A stretch of DNA of 64,000 bases from an uncultured Alphaproteobacteria bacterium. Its GTDB lineage: Bacteria > Pseudomonadota > Alphaproteobacteria > RF32 > CAG-239. A model generated the notes under the pieces. It was not told where the DNA came from, did not search any database, and saw only the letters and a list, made by a program, of their open reading frames with translations. The position numbers and the translations under genes were made by a program. The stretch is taken from positions 9,481 through 73,480 of the forward strand of contig CALXUM010000003.1 in the NCBI GenBank assembly GCA_944391685.1. The letters run 5' to 3'. How positions within the stretch are numbered: position 1 is the first letter of the stretch; every line of letters begins with the position of its first letter. Shown here piece by piece: positions 29,050 to 36,335 of this stretch.

Positions 29050-29538
29050 ATGCCTCAGCTTGATTTCAGCGTTTTCCCGTCACAGCTTTTTTGGTTGTGT
29101 ATTACATTTTTTGCAATGTTATTTATCATGAGCAAGTTTATCATTCCCAAAACTGCTGAAATGATTAATTTGCGTAAAGCCAAAATAGACGGCTATTTGC
29201 AAAAAGCGGCAGAGTTGAAAGAAAAGGTGGAAGAAACTCTTGATAAATATAATAAGGCTTTGCAAAAAGCAACGGAAGAGGCTAATCAGTCTTTGCAAAA
29301 AACGCAGCAAGAGCTTGATGCCTCAATTGAACGAAAACAAGCCGACTTGTCAGCTGAGCTTAATCGACAAATTGCCGAGGGCGAGAAGAAAATTGCACTG
29401 GGCAAAGCCAAAGCTCAGCAACAAATAGATGAAATGTCAGCCAGCTTGGCATTAGATGTGCTTAAAAAATTGGGTTTTGATAATTTTAAGGCCAAAGATA
29501 TTAATGCAGCCATAAAGCAGAACGGAGATAAGTTATAA
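29050..29538 (+). CDS. atpF2: F0F1 ATP synthase subunit b'
   Basis: N-terminal TM (QLFWLCITFFAMLFIM) plus a long Ala/Lys/Glu-rich helix. First of two tandem b-type genes, as in alphaproteobacteria. Confidence 0.75.
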   Translation: MPQLDFSVFPSQLFWLCITFFAMLFIMSKFIIPKTAEMINLRKAKIDGYLQKAAELKEKVEETLDKYNKALQKATEEANQSLQKTQQELDASIERKQADLSAELNRQIAEGEKKIALGKAKAQQQIDEMSASLALDVLKKLGFDNFKAKDINAAIKQNGDKL

Positions 29539-30161
29539 TGCCTATGGGAGAAAATTTATCTAACAAAGAAATTATTGATGCCACACAAGATGCGGTTTTA
29601 AATGTTGCCGACAGTGTTATTAACACACTTGAAACCACGGCAGGCGAAATAAGCGGACACGGAGAAGTATTTTATTTGAGTGCCGAGTTTTGGGTTGCGG
29701 TTTCCTTTGTGTTAGTGGTTGTCGGTTTGGCTCGTCCGATTGGCAAAATTTTGTATGCGATGCTCAAAAAACGCGGGCAAGCTATTGCCGAACGTATTGA
29801 TGAGGCTGCAGAACTACAAGAAGACGCTCAAAAGCTTTTGGCCTCATATGAGAGAAAATACAGACAGGCAAAGCAAGAGGCTCAAGAGATTTTGAATCGC
29901 TCGGAAAGAGAGATAAATCTCTTAAAAAAAGAAAAAATGGCCAAGCTTGAAAATGATATGAATAATTTGGAGCGTGAGGCGAAAGCTAGAATCGCCGCGG
30001 CTCAAGAAGATGCCGTGTCTGAAATTGCTACTCAAACGGCTGAAAAAACCATTAATGCCGTGCGTAAAGTATTAAAAGACGGTTTGGATGCAAAAGCACA
30101 AGATAAGCTTATTGAAGATTCAATAAACTTGGTGGCAAAATTGAATCCAAGCAAAAACTAA
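29538..30161 (+). CDS. atpF: F0F1 ATP synthase subunit b
   Basis: TM helix (FWVAVSFVLVVVGLA) plus a long charged helix. Start overlaps the stop of b'. Confidence 0.75.
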   Translation: MPMGENLSNKEIIDATQDAVLNVADSVINTLETTAGEISGHGEVFYLSAEFWVAVSFVLVVVGLARPIGKILYAMLKKRGQAIAERIDEAAELQEDAQKLLASYERKYRQAKQEAQEILNRSEREINLLKKEKMAKLENDMNNLEREAKARIAAAQEDAVSEIATQTAEKTINAVRKVLKDGLDAKAQDKLIEDSINLVAKLNPSKN

Positions 30162-30175
30162 GCTATAAATATTTT

Positions 30176-31012
30176 TTATAAATATCTGTAGGGGTGAGCC
30201 TGATAGGTGCCCAAAATGTGAAGCTCGCTTGAAAAAAATTTGAGTTCTTCAAAGGCATTTTTAAAGTTTTGGCGGGCAGGGTGAGATTCTATTTCAACAT
30301 AAAACTGAGCTGAAACAAATTTTCCCTCTAACAGATAACTTTCAAGCTTGGTGATGTTGATGCCGTTGGTGGCAAAACCTCCCAAGGCTTTATATAAGGC
30401 GGCGGGAATATTCTTGGCTTTGAAGATAAAAGAGGTTATAAAATTTGAACCATCATCTTCGGGGATAATAGCTTTGGGCGACATAATCAAAAAGCGGGTG
30501 GTGTTGTTGTTGGCGTTTTCAATATCAGGTGCCAAAATTTTAAGACCGTAGATTTCGGCAGCTGATTTTGAGGCAATGGCGGCTTGCGATTTGTCTTTAT
30601 TATTAATGACATCTTGACAGGAGAGGGCGGTGTCTATTCTCTGTACAGGGCGAATGTTGTGTTTTTTTAGAAAAGTTGAACACTGAGCCAAAGCCTGGGG
30701 ATGAGATGATGCGGTTTTGATGTCTTTTAATTCGGCATCAGGCAAGCCCAAAAGCTGGTGCTGAATTCTCAAAAAAAATTCACCGACGATTGATAAGCCG
30801 GTTTGCGGCAACAGAAAATGAACGTCAGATACGCGACCGGCATTGGAATTTTCAACCGGAATCACGGCAAAATCAGCCTCGCCGCTTTGGACAGAATCCA
30901 TTGCCTGTTCAAAACTTAAGCAAGAAATGTATTCCTGATCGGGGTAAATGGTTTGAGCCGCAATATAAGAATAGGCACCGGGGACGCCTTGGTAAGCAAT
31001 TTTGAGTTTCAT
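30176..31012 (-). CDS. pheA: prephenate dehydratase
   Basis: KIAYQGVPGAYS, AVIPVENSNAGRV, NNNTTRFLIM, then an ACT-type regulatory domain. 278 aa. Confidence 0.85.
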   Translation of the reverse strand: MKLKIAYQGVPGAYSYIAAQTIYPDQEYISCLSFEQAMDSVQSGEADFAVIPVENSNAGRVSDVHFLLPQTGLSIVGEFFLRIQHQLLGLPDAELKDIKTASSHPQALAQCSTFLKKHNIRPVQRIDTALSCQDVINNKDKSQAAIASKSAAEIYGLKILAPDIENANNNTTRFLIMSPKAIIPEDDGSNFITSFIFKAKNIPAALYKALGGFATNGINITKLESYLLEGKFVSAQFYVEIESHPARQNFKNAFEELKFFSSELHILGTYQAHPYRYL

Positions 31013-31025
31013 TTTTTATGTTCTT

Positions 31026-31751
31026 TTACATTTTGAGGTTGATGTTATTCCAGCCGCTTTTTTTGGTGTTTTGTTCCGGCTGTTGTTCTTTGAGCCAGTT
31101 GCGGACGGGTTCGTTTTTTTGTTGCAGGAGTTGTTTTTGCTCTTCGGTTTGGGCAACGCCAATCGGCAAAAGCTGGTTAAGCAAAGCCGGAGAGGCAAAA
31201 TCAACTTTGCCTTTAATCAAAGGTTCGGTCAAAGCATCAATAATTTGGGCGGCAGGTTTGGCGTTAAACGCGGTAACTTTGCCGCCGTAAAAAATAGCAA
31301 AAGCATGGCACGGAGACGAGAACAAAACATCGGTAGAATCAACCCCGCGAACAAAACGAAGCATAATTTTTGGGCGAATGACGCAATTTTCGGTTTGATC
31401 AAGCAAAACATTGTTGGGGTTCATGAACATTTCAGAAACGACCATGGTTTTGAGCTCATTATTAATAACGCCGCAAAAACCGACAATTGCCATGCCGTCC
31501 AGCGTATAGCCGGTATAGTTATCCGGTTTGTTGGCAATTTGGTAGCAAAAAACCTGTTCGGCATCAGTAATGTTGGCAGTGGCGGAATCACCGATTGCGG
31601 AGCTGATACCTTCAAGAACGGTATTATAAGCCGGGTTTGGCTGCCAGGCAGGTATTGCTTCAGTTGCTGTTGTGGTTTTTTGCTGGGCAAGAGCCGAAAA
31701 ACTCAAAGAAAGGCAAAAAGCCAAAGTTGCCAAAGATGTTGTTTTCATCAA
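31026..31751 (-). CDS. secreted hypothetical protein (241 aa)
   Basis: Clear signal peptide MMKTTSLATLAFCLSLSFSALAQQ and codon usage like the core genes. The overlapping plus-strand ORF 31002-31835 is Phe/Leu/Arg-rich nonsense. Confidence 0.6.
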   Translation of the reverse strand: MMKTTSLATLAFCLSLSFSALAQQKTTTATEAIPAWQPNPAYNTVLEGISSAIGDSATANITDAEQVFCYQIANKPDNYTGYTLDGMAIVGFCGVINNELKTMVVSEMFMNPNNVLLDQTENCVIRPKIMLRFVRGVDSTDVLFSSPCHAFAIFYGGKVTAFNAKPAAQIIDALTEPLIKGKVDFASPALLNQLLPIGVAQTEEQKQLLQQKNEPVRNWLKEQQPEQNTKKSGWNNINLKM

Positions 31752-32036
31752 AATATTCTCCGCATAAAAACAGTTTTTTATTTTGCTATATTATATAGGC
31801 ATTATTTAATATTTCCACGTCTTTATTTAAAATAATAACAGTGTCTGATTATTGAAGGTATTTTTGAAAACAAAATAATATTTTTTAAGTGTGTATAAAC
31901 AAGAATAATAAGCCTGTTAATAAAAAAATAATAACTTGATTGTAGGATAAGCTCAAATAATATGAAAAAAAAGCTTGCTAATTTAGAATTTTTAGATTAT
32001 ATTTTGGACAAAATTTACAAAACTATGGAGATGATG

Positions 32037-32642
32037 ATGAAAAAAACTTTAACAACTTTGGCTTCAGCTTTGGTTTTGACCATGGCTGTCAGTGCAACCG
32101 CAGAAGCTCGCGACGGTTTTTATATTGCTGTTCGCGGCGGCTTAACGGATTATAACCTTAACTCTAAAGATGACAAATTCTCGGATACCGCCAGAATGGA
32201 CTTTAACAGTGTTTGGAATATTTCCGGTGCTTTGGGTTATAAATACAAATATTTCCGTATTGAGGGTGAATATACTTATCGTGATGATGATGAAGATGAT
32301 TATAAGAACAGTTTTGGTGTAGTCGGCAGCAGATCTTCTTTAGAGTCTGATTCTTTTATGGCTAATGCTTATTTTGATATTATGCCAAACTATTGGATCA
32401 GCCCGTTTGTCAGCGGTGGTATCGGTTTGACCCGTTTGGATGTTACTAACCAAGATGTAGGAGCAGCTAAAGATAGTTGGAGTGAAGATAATTTCACATG
32501 GCAATTGGGTGCCGGTTTGTCTTTGCGTATCAACAGATGCTTGAACTTTGATGCCGGTTATCGCTATGTTGACATGGGTGAGATTGACGATGCCGATATT
32601 AACGGTCATGAATGGTATGGTGGTTTACGTTATACATTCTAA
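32037..32642 (+). CDS. small outer-membrane beta-barrel protein (paralogous in type to 6782-7357)
   Basis: GGAG then ATGATGATG, most likely start MKKTLTTLASALVLTMAVSATAEA. C-terminal GGLRYTF. Confidence 0.7.
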   Translation: MKKTLTTLASALVLTMAVSATAEARDGFYIAVRGGLTDYNLNSKDDKFSDTARMDFNSVWNISGALGYKYKYFRIEGEYTYRDDDEDDYKNSFGVVGSRSSLESDSFMANAYFDIMPNYWISPFVSGGIGLTRLDVTNQDVGAAKDSWSEDNFTWQLGAGLSLRINRCLNFDAGYRYVDMGEIDDADINGHEWYGGLRYTF

Positions 32643-32671
32643 AAATTTTATAAGATGAATGCGACAAAAGG

Positions 32672-32697
32672 CCCGCTTTTGATAAAGCGGGTTTTTT
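32672..32697 (+). terminator. rho-independent terminator of the OMP gene
   Basis: CCCGCTTT / AAAGCGGG followed by TTTTTT. Confidence 0.6.
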
Positions 32698-32732
32698 GTT
32701 GGCTAAAAGGAGAAAAGTAAATTTTAAAAAGG

Positions 32733-32763
32733 CAACGGCCGCGATGTAAAGTCGCGGCCGTTG
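32733..32763 (-). terminator. GC-rich hairpin terminator of the Bacteroidota-like beta-barrel gene
   Basis: Perfect 12-bp stem CAACGGCCGCGA / TCGCGGCCGTTG with a 7-nt loop. A T-run follows on the minus strand. Confidence 0.6.
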
Positions 32764-32783
32764 TTTGTTTTAGAAAAAAACTT

Positions 32784-33455
32784 CTAAAACCTCCACTGGA
32801 AACCAATCTTTGCCTGAAGGGCAAATTTGTTTTTTTCCAATGGGATGGTGCCATTGCTGATGACAGCTTCGGCACCGTCGACGTCAACCTGACCGGCAGC
32901 GTCGATAATTTTACCCTCAAAGAAGCGGTACATACATTGTACCCCTGCATTGAGGGAAAGTTTTTTGTCCAAACGAAACTCAAAGTTGAGCTTCGCTCCT
33001 ATTTGCGGGCGCATTTTATACGTCGCTAAATAGGAATTGATATCGCCGGTGATGTTGTCACCTTTGATATCAACTTGGGTGGCTGAACCCATGAGCTGTT
33101 CTCCTAGACCGGCAAAAGCGCCGATCTGAGGTACGAACCAACTGCGTGGGTTTCGCACGAGGTCTCTTTTATAAAATACATGGAGACTGGACCGGTTCTC
33201 CATGTAATAACCTTCAATTCCGTAATGGTTGCCCTTACGGAAGAAGGTGAAGGATAAGCCTCCGCCAGCTTTTCCGTCCATGATATCATAGACGGCAAAA
33301 GCCTCCCCGAGGAAGCAGCGATCGCCGTACAACATTTTCCAATTCTGGTCATCGTTGTAAGACGATGCGTCGTTGTTGGAAGTTTGTGCGGTGGCGTTTA
33401 TGGTGGCTGCAACCAGCAGGATGATCATGGTTGCGAAATACTTCATACTTTTCAT
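32784..33455 (-). CDS. outer-membrane beta-barrel protein with a Bacteroidota-style signal peptide
   Basis: MKSMKYFATMIILLVAATINATAQ, alternating strands, terminal GFQWRF. NNC-rich codon usage and no SD before either candidate ATG (33455 / 33446). Confidence 0.6.
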   Translation of the reverse strand: MKSMKYFATMIILLVAATINATAQTSNNDASSYNDDQNWKMLYGDRCFLGEAFAVYDIMDGKAGGGLSFTFFRKGNHYGIEGYYMENRSSLHVFYKRDLVRNPRSWFVPQIGAFAGLGEQLMGSATQVDIKGDNITGDINSYLATYKMRPQIGAKLNFEFRLDKKLSLNAGVQCMYRFFEGKIIDAAGQVDVDGAEAVISNGTIPLEKNKFALQAKIGFQWRF

Positions 33456-33589
33456 AGTCTGTTTGGCGGTATTAAACCTTTCCGAGGAAAGGACCATTCT
33501 GTTGCCAGGTAGAATGATTTTTATTTTAGCTTCGGTGGTCGGGTTAAAGTTTTTAAGACCACCGAAGCTGAATTAGACACTTGAATTAA

Positions 33590-35617
33590 TTACTTGAGCT
33601 CGAGAGTTTTGCCGTTGCCCAAGTTGAAGGTTGTCGTCCCTTTGGTGCTGTTTACAGTACCGTAGGAACGAACGGGGTTGCGGAGACTCTGCGATACAGA
33701 AGATACAACAGATACGGTAGAGTAGAAGTTCTCGTTGGTGAGAGACGTCCACATATACTCAGTATCGTTGGTCTGCACGTATGCAGGAGCTGTTCCTTCG
33801 CCGCTACGGTAAACACGTCCCAACGGGAAGTTGGGGATGTTTACACCATTCAGAGCCTCGCGGCTCTTTTCTGTTCCGCTGTTTTCGTCAAATTCAACGA
33901 ACAACATTTGGGTATCGTCGTTGTCTTTAACAAAAATGGCGTATATGGGGCTCGCTACCCATTTATCCCTGCTTTCAGTGTAGTAATCACACTGGTTTGC
34001 TTTCAATAAATGATAGCCAGGGATTGTGGGGTTCACAGGTTTTTCTACCTGTGTGCGAACCAGCTGGGTAGCAGTAGCCGCATCGACTCCTTCAACCGAG
34101 ACAATGTAGCTAATCTCATAGTCGGTGAAAGTGTATTTTTCATCACTACCAGACGATTTATTAACACCATCCATGCGAACAGACGGGTTAATCTGGTAGG
34201 TGTCAGTTACACCTTCTTCCTCAAGAATCACTTCTTGAGGATAATCCAAAGTTACCACGTTGTTGAAAAGATTCCACGCGAAGGTGTACTCTTTTCCATT
34301 TACTGACGGATTGTTGCTCAAAAGAGACAATTCTTCCGTCGTTGTGAATACTTTGGGTTCCTGGGCTTTGGCAGAGATGGTTACTGCTTTGAACCCAGGT
34401 TTCCGACTGTTTAATTCAGTATTTACAGAATGTTCAGTTACGAAATCATAAAGGATTCCGAATTGACCATTCTTAGTACCGGGGCGTTTGTTTTCAAACC
34501 ATTTGTTGATTTTATCAACAATGGCTTTCACCCTGGTACTGTAATACTGAGTTGCTTCAGCCACTTCTACACCGTTGACCATCATATTGTAGTTGATGGT
34601 GTAGTCGGTGTAGTTGTATCCGTCTTCTTCGGACGGGGTATTGCTCATACCAATCATTCTCACCACGGGGGTAAGTTTGATTGTTTTTTGAGCTTTTCCC
34701 TTCTGAAGGGTAACCTCAGCGGGACAGTAACCGGTTAAGGTGTTGTCCGTGAGGTTGTAATTGAAAACGAACTCGTTTCCGTCAACAGAAGGCTCTGTTG
34801 ACAGAAGAGAAAGGATTTCTTCTGTATCGAAAACCCTTTTTGCCTCAGCTTGGAGAGCAAAAGGAATTTCATACAGAAGTCGAGTTCTGCTGTTGAGCTC
34901 AGTATTCACTGAGTGTTCAACAACATAGTCGAAATATATCCCTTCCTTTGTTATTTGTTCGTTTTCAATCCGCTCGGTGATTTCGTCGTCTTCCGACGTT
35001 TCGACCACCGTAAGAGTAAGGTCCCAGCTTACCTGCTCATCTTCGCCACAAGACATGGTGAAAACGATAGTTGCAGGTATCTGGAACTTTTTCGTTTCCA
35101 GCTCTTTGGCATCGCCAAGGATGAGCTCAGATTTAGCTACCGTACAGTAGCTGAGCTCGTCTTTCCCAAAAGTCTGGTTGCCCAGACGAATTTGGGAAAC
35201 CAAAGTTTCACCAAAGATCATTGAGAGGAAGCTTTCACCAATGGCAAAAACTCCGTTCTCCCAGACGTAAGTCTGGTTGATGATTTTGGTGATATCTTCG
35301 GTGGCGATAGACGTGTTACCAATAGTGGCACTATTGGTAACATTATAGTCTCGGTCGTAGGTGTCGTCACCTAAGTTGGCTCTAAAATGAGCGACGTGAT
35401 CACAGGGGATCGTGATCACGTTCTCGTTGACTGATAACTCAGACATTGAGATATGCTCCGAAGAGAGCAGTTCGTAGGTGGTGCCTACGGGGTTGTTGTT
35501 CTCATCGACGTCAATACCTCCCCATACTCCTGCATCGTCCTTAGAGCAAGAAGTAAAAACGACTGCCATAGCAGCGAGCATCAATGCTACGATGGCTTTG
35601 AAATTTGTCTTTTCCAT
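33590..35617 (-). CDS. large lipoprotein (675 aa) with a Bacteroidota-type lipobox and surface-export signal
   Basis: MEKTNFKAIVALMLAAMAVVFTSCSKDDAG (FTSC lipobox; C-S-K-D-D). Two roughly 135-aa internal repeats. Codons AAC/TAC/GAG/CTC dominate. No SD (AAAAAACATACAATT-ATG). Confidence 0.7.
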   Translation of the reverse strand: MEKTNFKAIVALMLAAMAVVFTSCSKDDAGVWGGIDVDENNNPVGTTYELLSSEHISMSELSVNENVITIPCDHVAHFRANLGDDTYDRDYNVTNSATIGNTSIATEDITKIINQTYVWENGVFAIGESFLSMIFGETLVSQIRLGNQTFGKDELSYCTVAKSELILGDAKELETKKFQIPATIVFTMSCGEDEQVSWDLTLTVVETSEDDEITERIENEQITKEGIYFDYVVEHSVNTELNSRTRLLYEIPFALQAEAKRVFDTEEILSLLSTEPSVDGNEFVFNYNLTDNTLTGYCPAEVTLQKGKAQKTIKLTPVVRMIGMSNTPSEEDGYNYTDYTINYNMMVNGVEVAEATQYYSTRVKAIVDKINKWFENKRPGTKNGQFGILYDFVTEHSVNTELNSRKPGFKAVTISAKAQEPKVFTTTEELSLLSNNPSVNGKEYTFAWNLFNNVVTLDYPQEVILEEEGVTDTYQINPSVRMDGVNKSSGSDEKYTFTDYEISYIVSVEGVDAATATQLVRTQVEKPVNPTIPGYHLLKANQCDYYTESRDKWVASPIYAIFVKDNDDTQMLFVEFDENSGTEKSREALNGVNIPNFPLGRVYRSGEGTAPAYVQTNDTEYMWTSLTNENFYSTVSVVSSVSQSLRNPVRSYGTVNSTKGTTTFNLGNGKTLELK

Positions 35618-36335
35618 AATTGTATGTTTTTTATGATTATTATTCAAAAAAAACACATACTATGAATATCCCGCTTCCCTTCAATAAAATTCAAATGTCT
35701 AACTTTCATCCTCAACAAGAACGTTATCTTGTTACAGATTATGAAAATTTGTCGATTCAAATAATACTGAAAAAAATAGAATAAAGATAATATGTGTGCA
35801 ATTTTAGTTATAGCATAAAACACTGAAAAAGACAAGAAAAAAAGCTTTTTGAGCTGTTTTAAAGTAGGGGTGTTAAGCAAAAATTTACTTTTGACTCGGA
35901 ATGTTAATTTTGCGAAAATAGCCAAAAATAAGATTTTATCGGGATTCGGCGATGGAATCGGCAAAGAAACAGGAATCTTCCGCCAAAAAGCAAAAAGATG
36001 TTTTTGTCTAGTGAGAGAGGCAAAAAGTGAGCAACCGGGAGTCGGGGAGAGCTAAAAAAAAGACTGAGGCGAGTCTTGTCGGGGCGAGTCTTTAAAAAAG
36101 TTTGGGAAGACAGAGTCGCCGGCTTAAAAATTGTCAGAGGGTAGCGGAGAAGAGCCAAAGATGTGTATAAATGTTTGTATGAACGAAAGGTTTTGATTTT
36201 TTTGCTTGTAGAATCGTTTTTGTTAGTATAACTTAGCTGCGAATAAAGTTCGTCATGCGGGCTTGTTTCCGCGTGGCTTCGTTTTAACAACAATGGCCTT
36301 TTTCTAAGGTCACATCTTAAGGAGATGATTTTACC

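Noticed and set aside
31002-31835. 277-aa plus-strand ORF overlapping the secreted-protein gene.
   Set aside because: It is the antisense shadow of 31026-31751. The translation is F/L/R/G-rich with no motifs, while the minus-strand product has a clean signal peptide and host-like codon usage.
32700-36170. Bulk GC-content jump as evidence that the Bacteroidota-like block is foreign.
   Set aside because: Hand counts of 60-nt lines gave about 43-50% GC inside the block, but also about 43-55% in ppdK, aspS and uvrB. Bulk GC therefore does not separate the block from core genes. I rely on codon choice, signal-peptide and lipobox type, and the missing SD instead. A full-contig codon and k-mer computation is still needed.
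35644-36293. Track ORFs 35644-35964 (-), 35849-36055 (+) and 35904-36293 (-) upstream of the lipoprotein gene.
   Set aside because: Their translations are low-complexity with no start context or motifs, and they overlap one another. I treat the stretch as non-coding.
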